Shown here one piece after another: positions 51,646-63,180 of a DNA stretch of 64,000 nucleotides. The DNA lies in the NCBI GenBank assembly GCA_019828565.1, contig JAHDYR010000011.1, forward strand, positions 195,072 to 259,071. Direction: 5' to 3'. The first letter of the stretch is position 1; each line of letters opens with the position of its first letter. The position numbers were made by a program, and so were the translations under genes. Source of the DNA: Carpediemonas membranifera BICM. Lineage: Eukaryota > Protista > Fornicata. The notes beneath the pieces are model-generated. The model had not been told where the DNA came from. It saw only the letters and a list, made by a program, of their open reading frames with translations, and did no database searches.

Positions 51646-54279
51646 TCAAAGGAGAAGGATCTTCACAAGCTTGGCGACATCGATACCGACGCCGAAGACG
51701 TTGCTGCTCTCGACATCCTCGACAAGGTCGATGACGTCATCAGCAATGTCGATGCCGTGGATGACGATCTTCACCAGCTTCTCCCACCAGCTCACGGAGG
51801 CGCCCGTAAGGTCACCGACGAGCTTGAGGATAAGATCGGCGAGCTCCTCGAGCTGGCAGTCGCTGACGAGCGCCTTAAACTCATCCATGGCGTTGGCGAT
51901 GTCCTTGACGGCGTCCTTGTAATCGTTCGACTTGTGAGCGTCGTAGGCCTCAACGAGGTCGTTCCAGACGGTCTGGCCGTCGTGCTTGCACTGGTGGACG
52001 TTGGGCAGGATGAGGTTGAGGCCCTGGACGGCGCCCTGGAGGAGGAGGCACCACTCGTCGTTGTCACAGTTCGTGTCGAGGTCGGACTTAATGACACTCA
52101 TGATCGAGCCGAGAGTCTGGCCGAAGGCGGCGTAGTCGCCGTTCTTGAAGTTCGCGGCGGCGGACTGGAGGTCCTCGAAGATGTTGATGCCAGCGACGAG
52201 GAGCTTGAGGTCACCGGTGACGCCCTCAGTCTTGCCGAGCTTGAAGAGCTTGGCGAAGTTGTTGAGGTCGTCCTCGAGGTGGGGGATGAGGCAGGTCTTG
52301 GAAGCCGAGGCGACGTCCTCGAGGCCGACATTGAAGCTCTTGAGAGCGGCATCCCACTTCTCTTCCTCGATGTACTTGACGCCCTGCTCGAACGCGGTCA
52401 TGGCCTGCTCGAGGGTCGAGGCGCAGGGGGCGAAGTCAACGATGGCTTCGCCGACCGCAGAGAGGATTCCCTCAGCGAACTTGCAGCCGCGGGAGGTGCA
52501 GCCGATGGAACGGAGAGCAGAGACGACGTTGCCGAGATCGTAGCCGAAATCCTTGTAGTTGCCCTTCTCGAAAGCCTTGTAGGAATCGTCGATATCGTCA
52601 AAGAGGTCGAGACCGCCAATGAGGATCTTGATCACGCCCTCAACCTCGGAGACCTTGGAGCCCTTGATGTGAGAAGCCTCCTGGTCGAAGAGCTCGGCGA
52701 GCTGCTCGATGTGGCAATCGGAGATGCCGTTGGAGACCTCCTGGAGGCCGTTAGAGAAGTCTTTGATGGTGGCCGACCACTGTTCGGCCTTGGCGGACGC
52801 GACACCATTCTTAAACTGGGTAAAAGCGGAGTCGAAGTCAGACTCGCACGTCTCGAGGTCGGGCAGGACGATGTTGAGGGCCTCGAGGAGGCCGACGACG
52901 AGCTGGCAGCCCTCGGACTTGCAGGAGGCGCCGCGGATCTGGGAGAGGAAGTCACCGATAGCCTGGCCGGCACCGGCGAAGTCGTGGTTGGCGAGGTCCT
53001 CAGAGGCCTTGTAGACATCCTGGTAGATGTCGACGCCCTTGACAATGATCTTGGCGTACTTGCCGATGCCAGAGACGTCGGCCTTGGTGAGGTGGGACGC
53101 CTCAGTCTGGATCAGCTGGGCGAGCTCGGGCAGCTCGCAGTCCTGGACGGCATCGCCGAGCTTGTCGAGGCCAGTGGCGACGTCCTGGATGCCAGTGGCG
53201 ATGTGGCCGCCAGTGATGGTAGCGAAGCCGGTCTTGATGTCGTCGTAGCCGTCCTCGAGGTCCTTAGAGCACTTGGAGAGGTCGGGGAAGAAGATGTTGG
53301 CGCCGTCGAGGATACCCTCGATGACGATGCAAGCCTCGGAAGTGCAAGAGGACGCGCGGATCTCGGCTACGATCGTACCGCAAAGAGTGCCGAACTTGAC
53401 GTAGTCGTGGGCCTCAAGGGCCTTGACAGCGTCATAGATGTGGTCAGCAATGTCAACATCGTTCACAAGGACCTTGACGGTGCTTCCGAGCTTGATATCA
53501 GCGCCGAAAAGCTGCTGGGCCTCGGTGGTGATCAGGGAAGAGAGGTCGACCAGGCCGCAGTCAGAAGCGGCACCACCGAGGATGCGGAGGCCAGTGGCGA
53601 AGGTCGAGACGGCCTCCTGGTACTGGGAGCGGTCCCACTGGGTCGCGGCGTTCCGGAGCTGAGTGCCAGCCTTCTCGATGTCAGCGACGCAGGGGCTGAA
53701 GTCCTTGGCGATTACATCGAGGACGCGGAGGAGGCCTGCGGCGAGTTGGCAGTCGGTGGAAGTGCACTTGATGAGAGGGAGGAGGTAGCCGACGAGGGTG
53801 GAGACATCGGAGGCAAAGCCATCGAGGTTCTTGCTCTCCCAGTCGTTGTAGAGATTCTCGAGCGTGTGAGCGATGTTCTGACCATCAATGTAGATCTCGA
53901 GGCCCTTGTTGAGGTCAACCGTGGCAGTCTTGAGGAGAGCGGCGAACTGGGTGAAGACGGAGCTGACCTCCTCGAGCTTGCAGTCAGCAATACCGTTGGA
54001 GAGATCAGTCAGGGCAGAGGAAAGGTCGGAAACGGCAGACTCGTAGTTCTTGCGGCCAAAGTCCTTAGCGAAGGTCTCGAAGGCGTCGTAGATGGTGTCC
54101 GCATCCTGGATGCAGGTCTGAATGTCGGTGCTGACGTGGAAATCAGCAAGGACCTTTTCCAGAGCGGCAACGATAGTGTCGATGTCGGCGTTATTAGAAG
54201 TGCTCGTTGGGATGGTCATCTGCGAGAACACAGTGGCCAAGAGCGCAAAAACGATAGCAATAGATAGAGAGAGTCTCAT
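51646..54279 (-). CDS. Secreted protein of six ~140 aa Cys-patterned helical repeats
   Basis: Signal peptide MRLSLSIAIVFALLATVFS. Units 2-6 begin CTSTDC, CTSEAC, CKSEGC, CTSRGC and CDNDEWC. Strong C/G-ending codon bias. Confidence 0.85.
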   Translation of the reverse strand: MRLSLSIAIVFALLATVFSQMTIPTSTSNNADIDTIVAALEKVLADFHVSTDIQTCIQDADTIYDAFETFAKDFGRKNYESAVSDLSSALTDLSNGIADCKLEEVSSVFTQFAALLKTATVDLNKGLEIYIDGQNIAHTLENLYNDWESKNLDGFASDVSTLVGYLLPLIKCTSTDCQLAAGLLRVLDVIAKDFSPCVADIEKAGTQLRNAATQWDRSQYQEAVSTFATGLRILGGAASDCGLVDLSSLITTEAQQLFGADIKLGSTVKVLVNDVDIADHIYDAVKALEAHDYVKFGTLCGTIVAEIRASSCTSEACIVIEGILDGANIFFPDLSKCSKDLEDGYDDIKTGFATITGGHIATGIQDVATGLDKLGDAVQDCELPELAQLIQTEASHLTKADVSGIGKYAKIIVKGVDIYQDVYKASEDLANHDFAGAGQAIGDFLSQIRGASCKSEGCQLVVGLLEALNIVLPDLETCESDFDSAFTQFKNGVASAKAEQWSATIKDFSNGLQEVSNGISDCHIEQLAELFDQEASHIKGSKVSEVEGVIKILIGGLDLFDDIDDSYKAFEKGNYKDFGYDLGNVVSALRSIGCTSRGCKFAEGILSAVGEAIVDFAPCASTLEQAMTAFEQGVKYIEEEKWDAALKSFNVGLEDVASASKTCLIPHLEDDLNNFAKLFKLGKTEGVTGDLKLLVAGINIFEDLQSAAANFKNGDYAAFGQTLGSIMSVIKSDLDTNCDNDEWCLLLQGAVQGLNLILPNVHQCKHDGQTVWNDLVEAYDAHKSNDYKDAVKDIANAMDEFKALVSDCQLEELADLILKLVGDLTGASVSWWEKLVKIVIHGIDIADDVIDLVEDVESSNVFGVGIDVAKLVKILLL

Positions 54280-54827
54280 AGAACTAACTATCCTTGGAGC
54301 TTTTGCTGCTTCGAATGTGTGGCAAAAATGCGCAGATGACCGGCAAAGAATCAAAGATCATACGCAATCTGCTGATATGAGCATAGATGCGCGAGATACG
54401 CGTAGTCAAGCAAAAGGAGCATGTATCTCAGAGCATACAGCCGCTCCTGCCCCTGCTCGCTGTCCTCGAAGAGATCTTCTTGATTTACCAGACACGCCCA
54501 AATCAATTCAATCAAGACCCAGGTACTTTATTATCTGCTCCTCACATAAATGCATTCATGTATAATCACAGAAGTGCCCATTCCAGGTCATGTCATGTCT
54601 GCCGTTGACCATCGTTGAATAGACTCTTGAGTACTTCGACAGTCGGCAGGTTCTACAAGGGGAGAGGCACAGTTTCAATACAATCAGTATTGTGTGCTGT
54701 GCATATGCTGTTAATTGCGTCCGTTGCTGCACCATAAATCATGCCATAATCTGCGCACATGTTTACGATCGATGGACAACACGGTCACGCCACACTGCCC
54801 AAGCCAAGCAGATACACCTTGATTCAC

Positions 54828-55552
54828 TCACTTAGTGAAGTCATCACCGCTGATTGGGGGTGAAATGACGAACCAGAGTACCGCAACGATGAACACGATG
54901 ATGATGATCAGGATGAGGCACAGCAGGATCTTATCAGTCGCCAGCCGCCGAGCCATGGCTGTCATCTGCTTCCTGGCAATGTTGAGGTCGTTCCTGATGC
55001 TCCCCATGTTGTTCCGAATGCGGTCCATCGTCTCGCGATCACTGAGCAGCACTTTAGCCGCCTCGGTGTTCATCTCAATCATCTCTTGGACGTCCCGCTC
55101 AGCTTCTTGGAGCCTGTCAATGGCGTCTGTGTTCAGGTTCTGTGCGATGTTGAGCAGCTGCTTATCAGTAACCTGCCCAACCTGCTCCAGGGTCGCCTCG
55201 GCCTCTGTTTGCCCATGGAGGCGGCGCTTCATCTCTAGTTCGTTCTTGAGATCACGATACTTCTCGTCATAGCCCTCGTAGACCTGTCTCCACTGGGCTT
55301 TGGTCGTCTCGAGGCCTTCGACATCGAGCCTGAAGCCGTCGAGCTCGTTTCTGAGGCCGGCGATCATCTTCTGGGTCTCGTCAAGCTCATCCTCTCTCTC
55401 CATTCCGGAGGTATTCTTCAAGCGCTTGATGCTGCTCTTGATGTCCTCAATACGCTCATCCAACGTGGGAATGACGTCTTCCTCCAAACCCTGTGTGATT
55501 GAAAGAGCTAAACGTGGACTAAACATACTGCTACAAGATCAGCTTCACGCAT
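54828..55552 (-). CDS. Qb-SNARE, NPSN/Vti1-like; intron 55491-55528
   Basis: Exon 1 MREADLVA splices to GLEED. SNARE helix ends ARRLATDKILLC followed by a C-terminal TM helix, as in NPSN. Confidence 0.8.
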
Positions 55553-55762
55553 TGGGTATTATTGTTATATTCGTGGTTTTAGCGCCCGTTGTCGCCCGCA
55601 GGCTGCAGAATTAGGGTCTCAGGCTCACTCCAGCTACAGGGCCTGAGACGTCACCGAATACCCTCCCACAGTCCTCCTTCAGCCAACCATTCACCACAAA
55701 GAATAAACGCAGGTTTAACGCCAACTATGATTACAACCGACCAACAACGGACCAACGCGACC

Positions 55763-58204
55763 CTACCAGGCCCCATTATCGTCATATTCATCTTCTTCGT
55801 ACTCCTCCTCCTCATATCCCCCGAACTCACGCTTCTCATAGTGTTCCCGCAGCCCCGCCCGCACTTCTGGGTCTGCAAACCACTCAGTATTCCATGCCGC
55901 GGTGAAAGAGGTCATGATCTGCTGCCCCTCACTCGGATCCGGGTGGTCTGTAGCTAGTAGGAACACACATTGAGTGCCCAGCTCGCGGATGTCCTTGTTC
56001 ACCCGATCAACCGCGCATTGGATGAAAACCTCAGCCTCCTCACCAGATAAGTCGTCAATAAGTCCATCTCTGAGGTCTCCGTGAGCCATGCACCGCGCAC
56101 AGGCGAATAGAGCCTGTAGGGCGAACTCAAGGTCACCCTCTTCCATCTTGAGCGCGAGGATTCCATGGAGAATGGTGGTGAAACGATGCTCGGGGCAAAG
56201 GGCGTCTATTACTGGGACGGTATCAGGATCTATCAGAATATTCGCCATGAATCTGCATGCCTGGATTACAATATCATCGTCAAAGATTCGACCGTTCGGA
56301 TCCTGGTAGCTAGTTACGGCGTTGACAAGAATCTCTTTCACACACATCAAAAGACCTTCACCAATAAGACCTGAGCCGTCAAGCGCCATGTCCTGCAGCA
56401 CGGCAGGCCACGACTGCGGAGCGGGGGAGGGGGGGAGGGGGAGGTCGGCGCAGAGGGCGAAGAGCTCGATGATCTGGGCGGCTGCAATGTCGGCGGTCTC
56501 TTCGTCCGCTGATTCTCTCAAAATCGAGGTGAGATCTATTATCCGGTTCAAAATATTCGGGAGATATTCAAACATCAATGCCCAGATAGGCTCACCCGAG
56601 GGTAAGTTGGCAGTGCCACCCACCATGAACGCCAGCAGCCTGAGAGAAAGCGGGGCCGCATCCTCAATCAGGCGGAGCACTAGTGTCGCGAGCTTATCGC
56701 TGTCGAGGAGCTGGAGGCGGGCCGTCTGGTTGGAACAGAGGTTGATGGCGAGGGCAAGGACAGTCTGCGAAAGTTCGGGGTCGACCAGGCAATATTCGGC
56801 AAGATACATCTCGACCGCAAGATTCGGTACATCGGTGAATGACATCATTGATTTGAGTCCGTCATTTTCACTCAATGTATACAACAGCCTAGTTGTGAGC
56901 AGTCTGATAGACCTGACGGTGCTGGCGTCCGTCCATTCCTCAGGCGGACCGACATGCAGCGTGTCCATAAGTGTCGTGAGTGACGCGAGCAGCTGGTGTT
57001 CGATAAGGACCTGTATGAGCTCCGGGCGTATGACACAGATGTTGTACAGGCATCGTATGACGTGAAGAACGACGTCTGGGTTGGCCTGGTACCCCTCGAT
57101 TGGCAAGAGGCCAAGGCAAAGGCGGCCGACCTTTCTAGTGACGACAAAGAGGTTCTTAGCGACGTCATCGCCGTTGCTGTTGGCGTCCCTCATCTCATTA
57201 ACGCCCAGCCAGGTGCTGAGCGCGTACAGAGAGATCAACAAGGCGTCCTGGTCAACCCCTGCACCCATAGATAGCACCAGATCAAGCACAGAGTACAAGC
57301 GGGGTAGGATACGCTTTCCAGTGCCCAGCCAAGTGGCTGAGTCGACAGAGTCGGCCATGTTTGTAAGAACGTGGATGCAGGCGAAGGAATAACGGACGCG
57401 GCGCTTGGTAGCGGCGGAGACGGGGTCAGCTAGCTGGGCTAGGGTTGCCTTGTGTCTCTCAATAGCCACTCTGAGTTTCTTAGCTCTGCTTTCATCGTTA
57501 GATGCCTGGTTGAGCTGCGCCTCGAGCTTCTTGAGACTCTTTTGCAGAGCAGGCCCGCGTGACATCTCCTCGTTGATCCAGAGCAGTAGTTTCTGTGGCA
57601 CACCCTGCTCTATCAGAGCCTGGTGATAGTCGGTGTAGTTGGAGATGAGGAAAAAGAGATGGGCGACTGCGTGCATCACGTCTGCAGAGCGTTTGTATGT
57701 GGCTGTCTGTGAAATCACGGCGCTGATGTACCGCTGGGGTGACTGGGGGCCCAGGGATACGAGTTTTCCGACTGTGGCTGGGGATTTGGCGACAGAGATG
57801 AAGACGCGGAGAGCTTCGAGGACATTGGCTCGCTTGGTAGCATCGTCTTCGTCAACACGAGAGTAGAGCATCTGGTATCCAGCTTCGAGATTGACTTGCT
57901 TGCGTCTCGTGACGACTGAAAACTCTTGAACAAGGGAGGTGAGGCAGTCCGCTTGGTTGACGTTCAGAAGCTTCTTGTTGTCAGCGATGATGGAGTTCAC
58001 TACGTCGGGGATATCACGATCGTGGATCGTATCGGGGAGACGGATTACCTGCTCGGACATTTGCCGCCGAGTTTCAGATGTTCCATCCGAATGTCGCAAG
58101 AGGACCTCAATTGTGTACGGAATCTTGATACAACGCTCCGAATGGCAAGCATATGGATCATCTGGCCGAACTACCTTGCTCACAATCTCGTAGTTGGCCT
58201 GCAT
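55763..58204 (-). CDS. KIFAP3: Kinesin-associated protein KAP3/FLA3 (armadillo repeats)
   Basis: N-terminal H.ERCIKIPY.IE...VIRL pattern, LALAINL, AAWNTEW and an acidic/Tyr-rich tail. Confidence 0.75.
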   Translation of the reverse strand: MQANYEIVSKVVRPDDPYACHSERCIKIPYTIEVLLRHSDGTSETRRQMSEQVIRLPDTIHDRDIPDVVNSIIADNKKLLNVNQADCLTSLVQEFSVVTRRKQVNLEAGYQMLYSRVDEDDATKRANVLEALRVFISVAKSPATVGKLVSLGPQSPQRYISAVISQTATYKRSADVMHAVAHLFFLISNYTDYHQALIEQGVPQKLLLWINEEMSRGPALQKSLKKLEAQLNQASNDESRAKKLRVAIERHKATLAQLADPVSAATKRRVRYSFACIHVLTNMADSVDSATWLGTGKRILPRLYSVLDLVLSMGAGVDQDALLISLYALSTWLGVNEMRDANSNGDDVAKNLFVVTRKVGRLCLGLLPIEGYQANPDVVLHVIRCLYNICVIRPELIQVLIEHQLLASLTTLMDTLHVGPPEEWTDASTVRSIRLLTTRLLYTLSENDGLKSMMSFTDVPNLAVEMYLAEYCLVDPELSQTVLALAINLCSNQTARLQLLDSDKLATLVLRLIEDAAPLSLRLLAFMVGGTANLPSGEPIWALMFEYLPNILNRIIDLTSILRESADEETADIAAAQIIELFALCADLPLPPSPAPQSWPAVLQDMALDGSGLIGEGLLMCVKEILVNAVTSYQDPNGRIFDDDIVIQACRFMANILIDPDTVPVIDALCPEHRFTTILHGILALKMEEGDLEFALQALFACARCMAHGDLRDGLIDDLSGEEAEVFIQCAVDRVNKDIRELGTQCVFLLATDHPDPSEGQQIMTSFTAAWNTEWFADPEVRAGLREHYEKREFGGYEEEEYEEDEYDDNGAW

Positions 58205-58488
58205 TCAAGCCAGCTGTTCGTCGTGCTGCGAAAACTGCACCGTCGAAATTCTCTTGAGCAATGCGAGACAGAGAGCAAGAGGCGGGTGATAACAACAGAC
58301 ACTCGTCAAATGCTACAACACATCAAAAGTCATACCCAAATCTCGCTTGGCAAGTCATGAATGAATTCAAGAACTCACCCAGCGGCTCACGCTGTGTAAC
58401 ATGCAAACACTCTCGTATCTAGATGCCCTTCCAGCCACTTTTATCATCGGTGCAGATTATGGGTCATGGGTCATTGACCTGAACCTGA

Positions 58489-59097
58489 ATGTCTTCCCCG
58501 ATTCTCTGTGGTGCCCTGTTTAAGCGCGTGTGTGATGAGAACGCTGCTATGCTTGCACTTGAATACAACCTCCAGTCCATCAACATGCTCCTTCGTGGCA
58601 AAGCAAAAGAGATCATCCGTTTCGGGTGCCGCACCGTTGCTGGGCGTGTTCCATTGGGCCAATCCGGCGCAATCTCATACAAAGAGTTCATGATCTTCTA
58701 TATGGCGCGCCGGGATGGTCTGATCATGCTCATTGTCTCTGATGAGAATTACCCTGCCACAGCAGGCCGCGAAGCATGCCGGCGTATCCTTGACGACTTC
58801 GACATCCGCCACGGTGGCAGCGATTTCTCCAACCTCACCTCTGATGCGAAGATCAACTTTCCCGAGCTTCGCAACAAGATTGTGCTATATCAGGATCCCA
58901 CCAAAGCAGACAAGACCATGGCTATTCAATCCCAGCTGGATGCCACTAAGCGCGTGATGGTTCAGAACCTGGATGCTCTGCTCAAGCGCGGTGAGCAAGT
59001 GGATAACCTTATTGAAGTGTCAGAGGATCTCAGCTCTGCCGCGAAGATGTTTGCCAAGCAGGCACGGAAGACAAACCAGTGCTGTGTCGCTATGTAG
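58489..59097 (+). CDS. YKT6: R-SNARE Ykt6
   Basis: Longin domain, YQDPTKAD, RGEQVDNL, and C-terminal CCVAM prenylation motif. Confidence 0.92.
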   Translation: MSSPILCGALFKRVCDENAAMLALEYNLQSINMLLRGKAKEIIRFGCRTVAGRVPLGQSGAISYKEFMIFYMARRDGLIMLIVSDENYPATAGREACRRILDDFDIRHGGSDFSNLTSDAKINFPELRNKIVLYQDPTKADKTMAIQSQLDATKRVMVQNLDALLKRGEQVDNLIEVSEDLSSAAKMFAKQARKTNQCCVAM

Positions 59098-59440
59098 GCA
59101 GTCGTTTATTTATCATTTAAAGAGCCGCAAGTTGACCCTCTCCCGACGGATGCACAACGTCGCCCAAACTGCCCTCATTCATGAACTTGGCTGCTCCAAC
59201 CGCAGCTATTTATAGTAGCTTCATCTCTCCTAATCAACCAGTTGGGCGTGTTGTCAGGTTTAACCTGTGCGGCACACGGCTGTCAACCAATCTCGGTGGG
59301 AGTCATCCTAGTTCTCAGTCAGTCGGGGTGGTACTGAGGGTAGCCGGTGAGCTCATCAGTTGTCATACCAACATGCGCGCAGGCACAAAGAAAACTTTAC
59401 TAAGACGATGAGAAAACCATGATACAATCCAACCAGGAAT

Positions 59441-60016
59441 CTAGGTCGGCCCCGAGCTCGGCAAGTTCTGGGGACGGTCACCTCGCTTCATGATCGAGGC
59501 AGCCATCTCACCAGTGGCCAGCTCCCAGTTGTTAGCCACACTCAACCCCGCAGTACGCCCGGATCCGGCCGGCCCGGGCCTCGGGTCCGACCTGCCTCCG
59601 TCATTCGATGTGCGGGTAATGTAACTGTTCTTAAGTCGGGCAAGGTTCCTGGCTATGCCTATGATTGGGTCTGTGGAGCTTAGGTTGGCGAGGGGTGAGG
59701 GATAAGAGAAGGAGGATGAGTCCGCGAAGGAAAAGTCACAAAATAAGTCTAAAGGGTGACCCAAGTCGTCGAGTGGCGGTCGCACAGAGTCTGCTGTGAC
59801 TTGTCGAAGATGTCGGCGCCGCTCCTTGGGCGGTGGCGGTTGTATTGGGGGCCTTGGCCTCGACAGGGGAACGCGGGCGGTCTCCAGGCGTTGGCGGCAT
59901 GCCAGCTGGATTTCTCGGGCTTTTGCTAACTGATCTAGTTGTGAGGCTAGTGTTGAGTGGCTATGGCGTCTCACAAAGACGGGATTACCGGTATTTGGCC
60001 AATTAGAGATGCTCAT
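59441..60016 (-). CDS. Hypothetical low-complexity protein
   Basis: 191 aa ATG-initiated ORF with no recognisable motif. Confidence 0.4.
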   Translation of the reverse strand: MSISNWPNTGNPVFVRRHSHSTLASQLDQLAKAREIQLACRQRLETARVPLSRPRPPIQPPPPKERRRHLRQVTADSVRPPLDDLGHPLDLFCDFSFADSSSFSYPSPLANLSSTDPIIGIARNLARLKNSYITRTSNDGGRSDPRPGPAGSGRTAGLSVANNWELATGEMAASIMKRGDRPQNLPSSGPT

Positions 60017-60444
60017 CGACGACTGTCGCGTTTTTGAAGAAAATAGCTCCGGAAGAGAGCTGATTTGAGACTTTTGTACTCGTCTATTGCTTTGTGGGTG
60101 CGTTGTGGCAAAGGTTTGGCCGAATGGCCGTGATTGTTTCGTTTTCGGAAATTATTCTGCACCGAGCTGCGGTCAGAGCCCAGTAGGCGGCTGCACCAAC
60201 GCGAGGCAGTCGGCCAACCCAACACGGATACGCAGTGATTTTTGCCAGGCTCTGATTCATTGTTCCGAGATAAACGACGGAAGACGGCGAACATGTGTTG
60301 CTATACTGCTGTCAATAGGGGCTTGGACTCGAGCGATATTGAGCTTTGCACGAACGTATGCCTGTGATTGACTCTGCCCGGGGTCAAATGGATCCTATAT
60401 CTCGAGATTTCGTGAGATTTGGGTCAAGTTTCGGCCCAAGCAAT

Positions 60445-61342
60445 GCGCAAGCCATTCATGCGCTTCGCTCGATTACACAAGGTATTTTCCCGCGAGACTC
60501 TCTTCATTGTGCCACCGAAGCGTTCATCTTGGTTGAAAGTGCGTCTAACGCACACATACCGCCCCACGTTGACGCCAATGCTTGTTCTCCAGCTCTTCGT
60601 CCTCATTGGGCTCATCCAAGGCGTCCTCGGCATGGCTATACTTCTCACAAACATACGTTCGAACAGCTTCACCGTCCGCTACGACACCATTTGCGCTTTA
60701 GGCTCCCAATGCACCATCCCCGTGCATCTCCCGCCCATGTCCAAGCCCACCATCTACTACGTCATCGACACGTTCTACCAGAACCACAAGGACTATGCCG
60801 ACTCAGTCTCACCCGACCAGCTCTCTGGGAGGAACGTCTCCTGCTCCCGCCTCAACAGTGAGTGCTACCCCCTCCGTGGATGTGACGGAGGGGTTTGCCC
60901 ACACACACCGTGCGGCTTAAGGTTCGCTACAAGGTTTAATGACACCATCAGCGTCCAAGTGAATGGCACTGAGATGCCTATTGATGCTTCCCATGTAGCG
61001 TGGGATACAGACCTTAAGAAGTACTCCCCTTCGTTCCTCAAGGACGAGCCAGAGGCGGAACGGCGTCGTACAATAGCATGGATGCGGGTCGGCCCCTTCT
61101 CACGCCTCCCAAAGCCCTATGGTCAGCTTACAGACACCATCTCGGGCCCAGCCTCACTAGTAGTTGATAATCACTACCCAGTCCACATGGGTCAGGCCAA
61201 ATATGTCACGATCCGGTCGGGTTCGACAACTGGGAGTAAGGCACTGGGATGGAGCATGGTTCTGGGCGGGTTGGTCTGCTGGACTGCGGCGATGGCGGTG
61301 CGGTGGGCTATAGAGCATGCTGCACCGATGGTGGTTGCGTAG
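60445..61342 (+). CDS. CDC50: CDC50/LEM3 flippase beta subunit
   Basis: RPTLTP plus TM, IYYVIDTFYQNHKDY, PCGL..ATRFNDT, VAWDTD, WMR, C-terminal TM. Start uncertain. Confidence 0.88.
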
Positions 61343-61656
61343 TAGGCTGTATTTTAGTTATTTTGCAAGATTCTGATTAATAAACTTGCGTTCGGCCAAG
61401 TTGGAGCATACTACAGTGCCTCGTAGTAAGTTACCTGCCGCTACAGCAAGAACACAGGTCCCGACCCATGCGACCTCTTAGTGTCGCCACCCTTGCCGAT
61501 GGGTTGTGTGGACTGACTTGGGACAATTTGCCGATGGATTTGATTCATGTGGGTTGACAGTGGGGTGTGCCGACTGCAGTCAGTCTGAATCCGCATTTAC
61601 GGCAACATAAATGGCCGTAGTTTCACCTGCCAGAACTCAAGCCAACAAGGATCACG

Positions 61657-63106
61657 ATGAACGAAGCAGAAGAGGACAGACACGAGTCAAAGGATGAAAT
61701 TAAGAACATAGAAGATACCGTATGCCCGGCGAATGGCAGTGTATCCTCTTCTGATGACGAGATCACGGACGTTGATGCCGCAGCACCTGCTACAACCATT
61801 TTTGACGAAGAAGAAGCCAACTCTGACGAAGTATATAACCGTACAGACCAGATTCTTCGTGATTTTGACGGCAACATCATCAATTTCGAAGCTTCTGAGG
61901 ACAACCTCATCACCGACGCAGACAGAGCCTCCCTAGCCGAGCTGAAGGAATGTACGTCTTCTCACACCATCAGCCTCACACAGATATGCCCAAGCACTAC
62001 CCATCGCACCCGCTTGAACCCCAGTATATCGGCCCTGGAGGCGATATGAAGCTCATCCGCTTCCTACGGAGAAACAAGCATGTACCGCAGACAGCCAGGG
62101 CTCTGGCTGAATACATACAGTGGCGCCAGGAGTGGCATGTGGGTGAGATCAGCATTATTCATGTCGCCCATGTTTTTGAGATGACGCGCACGTTTAGGAT
62201 CATGACGATGGGCGATAGTAAGCTCGGTCAGCCTGCCGTATACATTGACTACGACGACCATACCATGCCCTCTGACGTCGATCTCATGCTTGCCTGCCTC
62301 TACTGTCTCGAGGACCTCGATATTCGACTTGCAGACAGTCTTTCCAGAGTAGCTTGCGTGTTGAAACTCACCAGCTTTAAGCTGCATCGCTATAACGTCA
62401 AAATGGACAAGATGGTGTGTCCCATTCCTTCTTTATTACACAGTTCGCCAAGATTCTCGATCTTTATTACCCCGAACGGCTTGGACCGACTGCAGTCGTC
62501 GAGGCCGGCTTAATGTTCCGCCTGGCCTGGAAAATGGTCCGCCATTGGGTGCCCGCTGACATGGCCAAATTTATAACGGTTATGGGTAAGGATCCGACTC
62601 CATTACACGCGATATTCGACCACGACGCCATCCCCAAGTCCCTGGGCGGCGGGTTCAACAACGACCCGATGGAATATATCAAGCAGTGCTGCGACAGGGA
62701 AGGAGTACCATATGATGCGAGGGAGAAGTGTCCGGTTGACACTAGAGTGATGCTTCAGTACTTCGGTTCAGATGAGATTGCGTCAGAATACAGCGCGGTG
62801 GTCAAGGGTGTTGGGTCGAAGCGGACGAAAGTTACTCGGCGGTGGAACAGGTATTATTTAGTGCTCACTAACGATACGCTTTTTTATTTTAAGAGTTCAA
62901 GGTCGACCCAGCCAAACAACGCAATCAGCATGGCTTTTGTCAGCGTGGAGGACGGCGGCAGGGGCAGCAAGAAGCATACACTCACTGTGACTACGGCTGA
63001 GCGGCCGTATTACTTCTCATTCACCACAGCTGAAGACAAGCACGTCTGGCTCGAGGCGCTTAAGAAGATCGCGGGTGAGTGCGCCAGTGACACCATCCCT
63101 TTGTAA
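61657..63106 (+). CDS. CRAL-TRIO (Sec14) plus PH domain protein; introns 61952-61983 and 62415-62443
   Basis: Splicing joins three ORFs. Sec14 motifs LIRFLR...WR, YYPERLG, IPKSLGG, then PH motifs WNRYYLVL...LFYF...WLEAL. Confidence 0.85.
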
Positions 63107-63180
63107 ATTTTCTTGGGAATATATTATTGTAACAGTGCCACGTGGTCCTGTTTCAGTGGTTGGGTGACATAATCTGCACA

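Noticed and set aside
51757-54267. 836 aa plus-strand ORF
   Set aside because: Antisense shadow of the codon-biased repeat gene, with no motifs of its own. The same applies to antisense ORFs over ADI, Timeless, GNL1, NUBP2 and the AKR.
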